Assembly: GCA_965247115.1 (NCBI GenBank)
Contig: CBDFGR010000003.1
Span: forward strand, 480,001 to 544,000
DNA: 64,000 nt
Reading direction: 5' to 3'
Source: Myxococcota bacterium
GTDB taxonomy: Bacteria > Myxococcota_A > UBA9160 > SZUA-336
Positions 36,721-45,791 of this stretch are shown here, one piece after another. Both the position numbers and the translations under genes were made by a program. Each line of letters begins with the position of its first letter. Position 1 is the first letter of the stretch. Below the pieces are notes generated by a model that was not told the DNA's origin, did no database searches, and saw only the letters and a program-made list of their open reading frames with translations.

Positions 36721-36833
36721 GTCGGAGGTCGGGAACGTCCTCCAGCGGACTGTGGTAGCGGTTCCCGAGGCGTGCACCCCGCCCTGAACACGCAAGGAGC
36801 GGAGTCCGCCGGAGGACGTTCCCGACCTCCGAC
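36721..36833. repeat. 31-bp inverted repeat with 51-nt spacer
   Basis: 36721-36751 GTCGGAGGTCGGGAACGTCCTCCAGCGGACT is the reverse complement of 36803-36833 with one mismatch; lies between convergent genes. Confidence 0.9.
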
Positions 36834-36868
36834 GGCGTGGGTCCCAACGTCAAGGGGGCGGAGGGAGA

Positions 36869-38023
36869 TCAGCCGTCAAGCCCCATACGCCGAGCAATGA
36901 TCACCTTCATGATCTCGTTCGTCCCCGCATAGATCGACTGGACGGCGGCGTCTGCGTAATCCATCGAGATCGGGAACTCCTTCATAAAGCCGTAGCCCCC
37001 GTGAAGCTGCAAGCACTCGGAGGTGACGCGCTTCTGCAGGTCGCTGGCCCACCACTTGCCCATGCTCACCTCGGAGACGATTTCGTCGCCGCGCACGTGG
37101 GCGACGAGCAGGCGGTCGATGAAGGCCTGGCCGACCTCCACCTCCGTGGCCATCTCCGCCAGCTTGAACTGCGTGTTCTGGAAGCCGGCAATGGGTTTGC
37201 CGAAGGCCTTGCGCTCCTTTACGTACTGGACCGTATCGTCCAGCGCCCTACGGCAGGACGCGATCGAGCTCACGGCGATGCAGAGCCTCTCCTGTTGCAG
37301 GTTCTGCATGAGCTGGTAGAAGCCGCGACCTTCCTCTCCGCCAAGCAGGTTCTCGACGGGCACGCGACAGTCCTGGAAGAAGAGCTCGCTGGTGTCCTGG
37401 CCAACGAGCCCCAGCTTGTCGAGCCTGCGTCCGCGCACGAATCCGGGCGCGCTGGCTTCGACGAGCAGCAGGCTGATGCCGCGGTGGGGCGGGTCGGCCG
37501 CCGGTTCCGTCTTCGCGACGACCACGAACAGATCACCGAGCTGGCCGTTCGAGATGAAGGTCTTGGAGCCGTTGAGCACGTACTCGTCGCCCTCGCGGAT
37601 GGCCGTCGATTGTACGTTCGCGAGATCCGATCCGGTGGATGGCTCGGTCATCGCGATTCCCAGGATGATTTCGCCGGCGACAACGCCGGGGATGTACTTC
37701 TCTTTCTGCGCCTCCGTGCCGTAGGCCGTGATGTAGGGCAGACAGATGTCCGAATGCAGCGACATCATCAGGCCGTGGGCACGGTTGTACGCGAGCTCTT
37801 CCATGACGATCGCGTCGTAAATGAAGTCCGCCCCCGCGCCTCCGTACTCCTCCGGGGCATTCGCACCGAGGAAGCCCTCCTCTCCCATACGCTGCCAGGT
37901 CTGCCGGTCGCTGCTGCCCTGTGCGTTCCACTCCTCGATCCGCGGCAGGATCTCGGCCTCCGAAAAGCGCTTGAACTGGCTGCGGAAGAGCTCGTGCTCG
38001 TCGCTGAAGATGTCACGTCGCAT
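36869..38023 (-). CDS. Acyl-CoA dehydrogenase (LCAD-type)
   Basis: AMTEP..GSD, LNGSKTFISNG, R.AFGKPI and QLHGGYG motifs; LQQERL carries the LCAD-position Glu, and IYAG replaces IYEG. Confidence 0.95.
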   Translation of the reverse strand: MRRDIFSDEHELFRSQFKRFSEAEILPRIEEWNAQGSSDRQTWQRMGEEGFLGANAPEEYGGAGADFIYDAIVMEELAYNRAHGLMMSLHSDICLPYITAYGTEAQKEKYIPGVVAGEIILGIAMTEPSTGSDLANVQSTAIREGDEYVLNGSKTFISNGQLGDLFVVVAKTEPAADPPHRGISLLLVEASAPGFVRGRRLDKLGLVGQDTSELFFQDCRVPVENLLGGEEGRGFYQLMQNLQQERLCIAVSSIASCRRALDDTVQYVKERKAFGKPIAGFQNTQFKLAEMATEVEVGQAFIDRLLVAHVRGDEIVSEVSMGKWWASDLQKRVTSECLQLHGGYGFMKEFPISMDYADAAVQSIYAGTNEIMKVIIARRMGLDG

Positions 38024-38765
38024 GGTTTGGATTGTAGTCGCGGAGTGCTGGAGGGGCGAGATCCGGAGCTTCCAGCAGCTGCAGCGCGGCCTCGATAACC
38101 GCGTGTTGACGAAGCGGGTCCCCTGGAACGTCGAGCGGATAGCCGTGGTGGAATGGGACGACCAGCGACCTCGGGGGGCGTACGCGTTCGGCGACGCTGC
38201 GCAGTAGCTGGATGGCCACGCTCGCAATCCCCTGGCGCTCGAGCTCCGCAGCGACCAGGCCGACCGCCTGGTTGCACATCGGTCAGACCGGGACGAGCAA
38301 CGCGACGTCGACCGACTCGTCCAGGAGCCGACGCGCCGCCTGCGGCGCCGAGTCGCGTGTGAGCCGACCGGGAGCGGTGATGCTGCCCATGAAGGAGAGG
38401 TGGAACGGGCTCACGCCGGCGATGCGGCCGCGCTCCATGAGCTCCTGCACCCGTGCGATGGGGAACCCCAGGTTCGGATCGCAGGCCAGCCCGGCGTGAT
38501 CGAACAGCTCGCTGCGATGGGTCTCGACCAGGGCGGAAGGATCGGCGTCACTCGGAATCTCGCGAAAGCTCGGATCGCCGCCCCTGGCGGTCTCGTCGAA
38601 GGGAGCCTGTCCGGGCAGCACGAAGCCGGCACTCGATACCAGCGCGAGCCTGCACTCCGAGAGCGGCTTTGCGAGCCGGGTCCACGGAACGGGATCAATG
38701 CGGCGCCAGCGATAGGCGCGGAGAAAGAGTCTCCACCTGGCAGGAAACTCCCCGAGCTCACCCAC
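38013..38765 (-). CDS. Glycine/betaine/sarcosine/D-proline reductase selenoprotein B family (PrdB-like), Sec at TGA 38283-38285
   Basis: ORFs 38283-38765 and 38013-38279 are in the same frame, separated by TGA-CCG, giving VDVALLVPV-U-PMC. Also KPLSE.RLALVSSAG, GDPSFREI, DPN..FP and ERxGIASV...VRPPR motifs. Confidence 0.88.
38254..38272 (-). promoter_or_regulatory. Bacterial SECIS-like hairpin
   Basis: Minus strand reads UGA-CCGAUGUGCA-ACCAGGC-GGUCG-GCCUGGU: a 7-bp stem with a G-led 5-nt loop, 10 nt after the UGA. Confidence 0.75.
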
Positions 38766-38934
38766 GACGGCACCTCCTGGCTGAGCACACCTTTGCCCGC
38801 GGACCCGCCCGATTCAAGCGTGCGCACGCCGCGCGTAACGCGGCGTCGCCAGGGAGCTCGCTCAGGAGCTCCACGAAGGGCTTGACTCTGGAGCCCGGAC
38901 CGAATAATCATCTCCATAATCGAGAGATCCAAGA

Positions 38935-39417
38935 ATGTTCGACGATCGAGACGAGGCCATACTGTCGATCCTGCAGTCGGCCGCACGAACCCCGAATGCG
39001 GAGATCGCGCGGCGCCTGGGTATGGCCCCGTCTGCGATCCTGGAGCGCATTCGCAAGCTGGAGCGCGGGGGGACGATCCAGGCCTACCAGGCGCGTCTCG
39101 ACCCCGCAGCGGTAGGCCTGGGCGTCACCGCCTTTGCCTTCGTGACCGCGATCGAGCCCGTGAGCGAGATGAAATCGGGTGCCGCGCTGACCGCGATCCC
39201 AGAGGTCCAGGAGGTCCACTACATCGCCGGCGAGGACTGCTACCTGGTCAAGATCCGCGCTGCAAACAGCGAGGCGTTGGGGCGGCTCATCCGCGAGAAG
39301 ATCGGGACCATCCCGGGCATGCATCGCACTCGTTCGACAATCGTGCTGACGACGCTGAAGGAGACGTCGAACGTAACGCTCGGAAGCCTGCCGCTCCGAA
39401 AGCCACGGGAGTCCTAG
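38935..39417 (+). CDS. Lrp/AsnC family transcriptional regulator
   Basis: D..D..IL..LQ..AR....EIA..LG...RI.KLE HTH; C-terminal PEV.EVH.IAG..YLVK. Confidence 0.95.
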   Translation: MFDDRDEAILSILQSAARTPNAEIARRLGMAPSAILERIRKLERGGTIQAYQARLDPAAVGLGVTAFAFVTAIEPVSEMKSGAALTAIPEVQEVHYIAGEDCYLVKIRAANSEALGRLIREKIGTIPGMHRTRSTIVLTTLKETSNVTLGSLPLRKPRES

Positions 39418-39457
39418 CTCCGGAGGCGCCAGGTGTCGGATGCGATAGGATGCCGCG

Positions 39458-40642
39458 ATGCGGTGGGCCTCGACCCTGTCCGAACAACGTGAGTCCGAGG
39501 CGGCGGCGCTCGATGCGTCCGCCCGACTTCGCAGCGAGCTCGACGGCGATCCGGATCTCGCCATCGTCTTCGCATCGAGCCACCACGAGAGCTCCTACGA
39601 CAGCATCGCGAGCACCCTCACGCGGGAGCTCGGCGGGGCCATGCTGATCGGCTGCAGTGGCCACAGCGTGATCGGGGGAGGACGCGAGCTCGAGGCACAA
39701 CCCGGTCTGGCCCTCTCGGGAGCGACGCTGCCCGGTGTCGCGATTCACCCGTTCGGACTGGATGCCGAGGGGCTACCGCCTTTGCACACACCGGCCGCGT
39801 GGCACGAGCGGATCGGCGTCGACCCCGAAACGGAGCCCCACTTCCTGCTTCTAGCCGACCCGTTCGGGTTCGATGCCGAGCACTTCATCCGCGGCATGGA
39901 CCAGGCGTATCCCGCCAGCATCAAGGTCGGAGGCGTGGCAAGCGGTGGTCAGCAGCCAGGCCAGCACGCGCTCTGGCTCGGGGCGGAGACCCAGCGCTCG
40001 GGTCTCGTCGGCCTGGGCCTTTCGGGCAACCTGATCATCGATCCCGTCGTCGCCCAGGGCTGCCGCCCCGTCGGGACGCCAATGTTCGTAACGCATTGCC
40101 ATGACAACGTGCTGCAGCGCCTGGACGGCCAGCCTCCAGTAGAGCTGGTCGAAGAGCTGTTCGAGGCCGCGAGTGCCGCGGACCGGGAGCTCTTTCGGAG
40201 CTCGCTCTTCCTCGGCCTGGAGATGCAGTCTGACCAAGGCGAGTACAAGCAAGGCGACTTCCTGATCCGCAACATCATCGGCATCGACCCCGACGACGGC
40301 GCGCTCTCCATCGCCGCTCCACTTCGACAATCCCAGGTGGTGCAGTTCCACCTGCGCGACGCGAAGGCCTCCACCCTGGACCTGGAGCGATGCCTCAACC
40401 GGTACAGCAGCGACGTCGGGGCAAACAAGGCCCGCGGCGCCCTGCTCTTCTCCTGCCTCGGTCGCGGCGCCGGGCTGTACGGCACGCCAGACCACGACAG
40501 CCGCGCCTTCCGCTCACTGGTCAGTCAGGTCCCCCTGACAGGCTTCTTCTGCAACGGCGAGATCGGCCCCGTCCGCACGCAGACCTTCCTCCACGCCTAC
40601 ACCAGCGCCTTCGCCATCTTCCGAGAACGCGACGCTTCCTAG
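39458..40642 (+). CDS. FIST N/C-domain signal transduction protein
   Basis: IGCS..VIG, LADPF, VGG.ASG, VAQGCRPVG, FHLRD, FSC.GRG and GFFCNGEIGP motifs. Confidence 0.92.
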   Translation: MRWASTLSEQRESEAAALDASARLRSELDGDPDLAIVFASSHHESSYDSIASTLTRELGGAMLIGCSGHSVIGGGRELEAQPGLALSGATLPGVAIHPFGLDAEGLPPLHTPAAWHERIGVDPETEPHFLLLADPFGFDAEHFIRGMDQAYPASIKVGGVASGGQQPGQHALWLGAETQRSGLVGLGLSGNLIIDPVVAQGCRPVGTPMFVTHCHDNVLQRLDGQPPVELVEELFEAASAADRELFRSSLFLGLEMQSDQGEYKQGDFLIRNIIGIDPDDGALSIAAPLRQSQVVQFHLRDAKASTLDLERCLNRYSSDVGANKARGALLFSCLGRGAGLYGTPDHDSRAFRSLVSQVPLTGFFCNGEIGPVRTQTFLHAYTSAFAIFRERDAS

Positions 40643-40670
40643 CGCTCGCCTTCCGAACCCCAACTCCGTA

Positions 40671-40825
40671 CCGAACTTAGGGACGGTCCTTAGTCCGAAC
40701 TTATTCCGCGTGAGACGACCGCTGCGACGCCTAGATGACCGAATGTGCCCAAGAGTCCGACCTCAGTGACCAGCGGTTCCGACGCCGGCAAACAAGTTCG
40801 GATTAAGGACCGTCCCCAAGTTCGG
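40671..40825. repeat. 32-bp inverted repeat with 91-nt spacer
   Basis: 40671-40702 CCGAACTTAGGGACGGTCCTTAGTCCGAACTT versus 40794-40825 AAGTTCGGATTAAGGACCGTCCCCAAGTTCGG, 2 mismatches; lies between convergent genes. Confidence 0.9.
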
Positions 40826-40946
40826 ATTCCGGTAGGCGGCTTGGCAACCATGCAAGCGCCGCAGTAGCGGCGCGCGCAGCGAAGGGCGTAGCCCTGAGCG
40901 GAGGTGGGTGGCCGCGTGCCGCCCGCGGCCGGGTCCCACAAGGCAG

Positions 40947-41666
40947 TCAGACGGACCAGGCGAGGGCCAGGGAGCCTCCGAAGTCCTCGATGTCCAGCTC
41001 CAGGCAGGAGATCTGATGGAGCGGGTTGGGGAACTGCCATTCGTCGGCGACGCGGGCGCGAAAGACGTCGGCCAGGTCCCAGGTGAGCTGCTGGAGGGGC
41101 TCGATGCACTCCTCGTGCTCGGAGCGCTGCACGACGAGGTGCAGGTCGAACGCGTCGTGGGTGGCGATACCGAACAAGTCGGTTGCCGAGCCTGCCAGGC
41201 AATGGGGCGGGGAGACCTCGGAGAGGCCGATCAGGAGGCGCAGCAGGGTGAGATACGGGGATCTTCCCGGTGGGGCTGCGACGCCGCCGAGAATGGGCGA
41301 CGGAGGGTCAGCCAGCGTCACGGCCGTATAGTCGATCAGGGGTGGATGCTTCGGGGGGTCCTGCTCCGGAGAGACCAGACGGAACGAGTAGGTGCCGCGC
41401 TCGGGCACGATGATTCGCTCTGCCCCGGCGAGGGACTCGATGGCTTTCGCAGCGCCGACGAGCTCCGAGGAGGAGCCTCGGGGCATGCGCCTCCCACTCT
41501 GCGCGAAGCGTTCCATCGACTGATACGAGTCGACGAACTCCGCCACGAATACTTCCGGGTTCTCGAGGTAGTCGACACACTGGTGCAGCTGCCGTTCGAC
41601 GGGGTGGCCCCGGATCTGCTCGTACCGCTGCCGCAGCGCGGTCTGTGGGCCGCTCCGAGCACTCAC
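40947..41666 (-). CDS. Hypothetical protein
   Basis: 239-aa ORF with protein-like composition, starting 5 bp after the ACP stop. Confidence 0.65.
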   Translation of the reverse strand: MSARSGPQTALRQRYEQIRGHPVERQLHQCVDYLENPEVFVAEFVDSYQSMERFAQSGRRMPRGSSSELVGAAKAIESLAGAERIIVPERGTYSFRLVSPEQDPPKHPPLIDYTAVTLADPPSPILGGVAAPPGRSPYLTLLRLLIGLSEVSPPHCLAGSATDLFGIATHDAFDLHLVVQRSEHEECIEPLQQLTWDLADVFRARVADEWQFPNPLHQISCLELDIEDFGGSLALAWSV

Positions 41667-41671
41667 GCCGA

Positions 41672-41905
41672 CTACAGCCGCCCGGCCACGTAACCCGCAA
41701 CCTCGGAGAGCGTCTGTAACTCCGCGAAGTCCTTGTCGGGGATATGGATCTCGAAGAGCGCCTCGATCGCAATCATCAGCTCGACCAGGTCCAAGGAGTC
41801 CGCGCCGAGCTCATCCGAGAGGTCGGCGTCTGGGGCGAGCGTCGACTTGTCGATGTCGAACTTCGTCGCCATCAGGTCCCTGATCCGCCGCGCGATCGTC
41901 TCCAT
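41672..41905 (-). CDS. Acyl carrier protein
   Basis: LGADSLDLVEL phosphopantetheine site; IE..FEI.IPD; 77 aa and acidic. Confidence 0.9.
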   Translation of the reverse strand: METIARRIRDLMATKFDIDKSTLAPDADLSDELGADSLDLVELMIAIEALFEIHIPDKDFAELQTLSEVAGYVAGRL

Positions 41906-42353
41906 CCGCTGGCTCTACGTCCGCCGCCGCCGATTGCTTGAGTCGTGTCGGTCCCTGGTCACTCTCGATCAGGAGCGTCATTCCCCGTACCTCCCGAACA
42001 CGCACGTGGCTGCCCCCGGGCACCGGAGCGTCTTCGCTGGCCCGAGCCTGCCAGAGCTCCCCCTTGACGCGCACCCAGCCGGTCGGCGACAGGTCCTCCG
42101 TCGCGACTCCTCGCGCCCCGATCAGAGGCCGGACGCCCACCCACTCGCTCTCGCCCAGACTGAACGAGCGCCGCACGAGTGGATAGATCGCGATGTCCTT
42201 TGCAATCCAAACGGCGAGCCCCACCAGTGCCACCCAGCCCGGAATGAGCAGCCAGTTCCACAATGCCCAGACGACGAGCGCCGCCAGAGCTACATCCGGC
42301 ACCTGCAAGAGCGTGTAGCGCAATAACGGATGTGAGCGCGTGCGTTCCGCCAT
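41811..42353 (-). CDS. NfeD family protein
   Basis: Two TM segments, then OB-fold LIGARGV..EDL.P.GWVRVKGELWQA...G..V.V; low-complexity tail overlaps the ACP start. Confidence 0.85.
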   Translation of the reverse strand: MAERTRSHPLLRYTLLQVPDVALAALVVWALWNWLLIPGWVALVGLAVWIAKDIAIYPLVRRSFSLGESEWVGVRPLIGARGVATEDLSPTGWVRVKGELWQARASEDAPVPGGSHVRVREVRGMTLLIESDQGPTRLKQSAAADVEPADGDDRAADQGPDGDEVRHRQVDARPRRRPLG

Positions 42354-42521
42354 CAGGAATGAGTCTACGCGCGGCCGGGATCGGTCGCGAGGTGCAAGAA
42401 TCGCCGGACACCGGGAACCGCGGTGCGCCAGCCAGGCGCCGCGATCGCCCCCAGAGAGCCTCGCCGAGCTGGTACGCTGCATGCACCCTGAGTCTGCAGC
42501 CGAATCAGACAGGAGGTCGCC

Positions 42522-42884
42522 ATGGATTACGAAGAAGGCGGGATCGAGCGGACGGATACGGCGCTACGCATGGCGTATAGCCTGCTCTTCGCCCTGATCA
42601 TCAGCGTGCTGGAGACAGTGGTAGGCGCCCTCGTGGTCTTCCAGCTCCTGTACACGCTCGTCACCAAACGCGAGCCGAGCCAGCGGGTGTGCGAGCTCGG
42701 GAACCGCATCTCCACCTACTTCTATCGCATGCTCCGCTACCTGACGCACAATTCCGATGCGCTGCCGTTCCCCTTCAACGACTTTCCCGACGCCATCGAG
42801 GCGCCCTTCACGGAGGGCTCCGATTCGGAGGAGGACGAGCTGATCGCCGGCGAAGAGCCTCCGGCCCGGCGCTCCGCGGGCTAG
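42522..42884 (+). CDS. DUF4389-like membrane protein
   Basis: AGGAGG RBS; FQ.L..L...P...G..I..Y....RYLT.N....PFPF..FP pattern. Confidence 0.8.
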   Translation: MDYEEGGIERTDTALRMAYSLLFALIISVLETVVGALVVFQLLYTLVTKREPSQRVCELGNRISTYFYRMLRYLTHNSDALPFPFNDFPDAIEAPFTEGSDSEEDELIAGEEPPARRSAG

Positions 42885-43165
42885 CCAGGCTCGACGTCCA
42901 CCGAGCGTCGAGATTCCAGCGCTCGGCCGGCGTAATCGTCAAAGTCTTGACCCTTGCTCACCCCAGAGGCCGGCAATGTCGCTTGGGGGAGTCTCCCTGC
43001 ACCCACCGCGATGCCCTGTCAGTTCCCCAGCATTCTCGATGACTTCTAGCGTCACCCCGAGCCGGACCGTGAAGATCCTGGAGCCACTCGGACGCGCCCT
43101 CGACCCCGGCACTGCCTTTGCACAAAGGGCCTTCACCGCGCGGAGACTGCGGAGGGAGTGCACGC

Positions 43166-43924
43166 ATGGAGGCAATGATCCGGGAAGCGTGGAAGGACGG
43201 GGGCCGAATCCCAGCGGACCTCAAGGACCGGATCGTTCTCGAGCACACCACCCTGATCAGCTACATCGTGAGCCGGATCGCAGTTCGGCTCCCGTCGCAC
43301 GTCGACCTCGAGGACCTGTACAACACCGGGGTCATCGGGCTGATGGACGCGGTCGACAAGTACGACCCGGACAAAGACTGCAAGTTCAAGACATATGCGG
43401 AGTTCCGGATTCGAGGTGCGATCCTAGACCAGCTCCGCTCGCTTGACTGGGTTCCGCGCTCGGTTCGCCAGAAGAGCCGAAGGGTCGAGCAGGCCTACAG
43501 CGAGGCCGAGAAGCGCCTGGGGCGCCAGGCCAGCGACTCCGAGATTGCGGACTCGCTGGGTATCGACCTGAGCGAGTTCCACGCCCTGCTCAGTCAGACG
43601 CGGGGGATCTCCATCGTGAACATGGACGACCTGCGCGCGCAGAGCGACTCCGACCACCCGGCTCCGAGCGCGAACCTCGAGGACGTGAACGCAGAGGATC
43701 CCTTCACGACCCTCAAGACCCGGGAGCTCACGCAGGCCCTGGGTACCGGCATCGAGGCGCTCCCGGAGAAGGAGCGGCTGGTCGTGTCGCTGTACTACTA
43801 CGAGGATCTCAACCTGAAGGAGATCGGGCACATCCTGGGGATCACCGAGTCCCGCGTGTGCCAGATTCACTCGAAGGCCGTCGGACGCCTGCGCGCCCGA
43901 TTGCGCTTCGCGGTGCGGAACTGA
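43166..43924 (+). CDS. fliA: FliA/WhiG family RNA polymerase sigma factor (sigma-28)
   Basis: RLPSHV..EDL...G.IGL, FKTYAEFRIRGAILDQLRSLDW.PRS and YYYEDLNLKEIG..LGITESRVCQIH motifs. Confidence 0.93.
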   Translation: MEAMIREAWKDGGRIPADLKDRIVLEHTTLISYIVSRIAVRLPSHVDLEDLYNTGVIGLMDAVDKYDPDKDCKFKTYAEFRIRGAILDQLRSLDWVPRSVRQKSRRVEQAYSEAEKRLGRQASDSEIADSLGIDLSEFHALLSQTRGISIVNMDDLRAQSDSDHPAPSANLEDVNAEDPFTTLKTRELTQALGTGIEALPEKERLVVSLYYYEDLNLKEIGHILGITESRVCQIHSKAVGRLRARLRFAVRN

Positions 43925-43979
43925 GCTACCCTTCCGCTGGCGGGACCGCAGCGTAGCCGCCGCTTCCGAAGGGCTTGGC

Positions 43980-44225
43980 ATGCTCGTGCGACTGGCGATC
44001 GACTTCGAGAACCCTACCCGGGCCTGGTGGGAGAACGGCGGTCAAGAGCTCTGGGAGAGTCTCTCCGAGGGCTTCGATGACAGCTCGGTCGTGCTCGACG
44101 AATCGGTCGCCGCCTCCTGGCTCGCCGAGGCAGAACGGGTCGACGGCTGGGGGGATGGCCCGGACTACGCTCCCCACCCGATCACGGTGTCTCCGGTCGA
44201 GAGCGATGAGGAGACCCGCGCCTAG
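43980..44225 (+). CDS. Small acidic Trp-rich hypothetical protein
   Basis: 81-aa ORF with ATG start that fills the gap. Confidence 0.6.
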   Translation: MLVRLAIDFENPTRAWWENGGQELWESLSEGFDDSSVVLDESVAASWLAEAERVDGWGDGPDYAPHPITVSPVESDEETRA

Positions 44226-45499
44226 CCGGGAGAGCCCCCGTTCGTGCGCGCCTTCTCGCACCTGCGAACGCGCACGCGCGTGATGCGGGTGCCCGAGATG
44301 TCGGCAACGGCAAACTCGTAGCCAGGGAGCTGGACAACGTCGCTCTTCCGCGGCGCGCGGCCGAGCTCGTTGAAAATCAGGCCGGACAACGTGTCACCGC
44401 GCTCGGCCGGCACCTCCCAGCTCGTCTCGCGGTTGAAGTCGAGCACGGTGACGCGTCCCAGCGCCTGGTAGCTGCCGTCGCCTAGCTTGCGGATGTCCAG
44501 CAGCTCCTCGCGGTCGAACTCGTCCCGGATCTCACCGACGATCTCCTCCAGGATGTCTTCCTGCGTGACCATGCCCTCCGTAACGCCGAACTCGTCCTTC
44601 ACCATGGCAACGTGCACGAAGGCGCGCTGCATGTCGGCGAGCAGCGGAAGGATCGGCTTCCGCTCGGGCACGCGCAGCACAGGCTTGATGATGCTGTGCA
44701 GATCGGAGCCGCCGCCACGAACCAGCTTGATCAGGTCCTTCAGGTGAACGACGCCGAGTATCTTGTCTATGTCATCCTCGTAGATGGGCGCGCGCGTGAA
44801 GCGTTCCCGCAGAACGTTCTCGAGCAGCTCCGAGGCCTCGGTGCTGATCGGGAATGCAACGATCTCCGTCCGCGGCACCATGATCTCCTCGACGGTCATC
44901 TGGGCCGCGCCGGCCGTCGCGCCCATGATGGCGAGCGGGGAGCCCCGCGTTTGCCCTTGCTCTTTGGCCTGGCGGGCCAGGCGCAGCACGTCTTCGGTGC
45001 TTCCCAGCGCCTCTTCCTCGGAGGGCCCGGAGACCCTCCGCACCACAGGCTCGATCAAGAGGTCGAAGACGATGTGCAGTGGCCGCAGGACCCAGTGGAG
45101 CAGGTAGAGCGGCAGCCCCACCATGTACGAAATGCGCCGTGGGTAGCGCGCGGCGACCGCCTTGGGCAGCACCTCGGCGAAGATCAGCACCAGCGTTGTC
45201 ATGATTGCAGTCGCGATCAGGATCCCGTTCTGCACGCCCAGAAAGCTGATCGCCAGCGCTGCTGCGACCGCAGAGCCGAGGATGTTCACGACGTTGTTGC
45301 CCAGCAGGATCGTGACCAGCAGTCGGGACGTGGAGGCCAGCAGGTTTCGCACCGCCACCGGGGCGGGCTGCATGGCCGCGCGGACGTCCTGCTCCACCTC
45401 GTGGGCACGCAGGCGCAGCAGGGCGGTCTCGCTGCCGGAGAAGAAGGCTGACATGGCCAGGCAGCCGAGAATGATTGCTACGGACAGGATCGGGTCCAT
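44222..45499 (-). CDS. CNNM/hemolysin family (DUF21-CBS-CorC) protein
   Basis: SAFFSGSETA, TILLGNN, E.LPK, MVPR, DEFG.T.G.VT.EDILEEIVGEI.DE and TLSG motifs. Confidence 0.94.
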   Translation of the reverse strand: MDPILSVAIILGCLAMSAFFSGSETALLRLRAHEVEQDVRAAMQPAPVAVRNLLASTSRLLVTILLGNNVVNILGSAVAAALAISFLGVQNGILIATAIMTTLVLIFAEVLPKAVAARYPRRISYMVGLPLYLLHWVLRPLHIVFDLLIEPVVRRVSGPSEEEALGSTEDVLRLARQAKEQGQTRGSPLAIMGATAGAAQMTVEEIMVPRTEIVAFPISTEASELLENVLRERFTRAPIYEDDIDKILGVVHLKDLIKLVRGGGSDLHSIIKPVLRVPERKPILPLLADMQRAFVHVAMVKDEFGVTEGMVTQEDILEEIVGEIRDEFDREELLDIRKLGDGSYQALGRVTVLDFNRETSWEVPAERGDTLSGLIFNELGRAPRKSDVVQLPGYEFAVADISGTRITRVRVRRCEKARTNGGSPG

Positions 45500-45791
45500 G
45501 GACTCTCCGAGTGGGCCGGGGCGGTTCGGGGCCGAGCGGCCTCGGCGGAACTGAGGAAAGGGCCTAGAAGCGCATCGCTTCGGGGCGGGAGAAGCGGGGG
45601 CCGCAGGCCATCACCTCTGTGCGTCCGGACTGGCACGGACGCTCGGGCACCTGTCTGGTACTGGGAGGTTGGTCTTCCGCGGATGGAGGCAACGAGGTCC
45701 TCTCGAAAACGGCCCACCTGATTGTACCGATTTAGACGGCAGCCGGGGCCCTATCCTGAAGCGAATCTCGAAGTTTCCTAGTCTCCCCGGC

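Noticed and set aside
38013..38765. Pseudogene with a premature stop
   Set aside because: The stop is TGA at the family's UxxC position and is followed by a SECIS-like hairpin; Sec recoding explains it better.
38882..38920. Sigma-70 promoter (TTGACT with AATAAT or CATAAT) for the Lrp gene
   Set aside because: The spacing to either candidate -10 is non-canonical (15 or 27 bp). An AT-rich control region is plausible, but the elements cannot be assigned.
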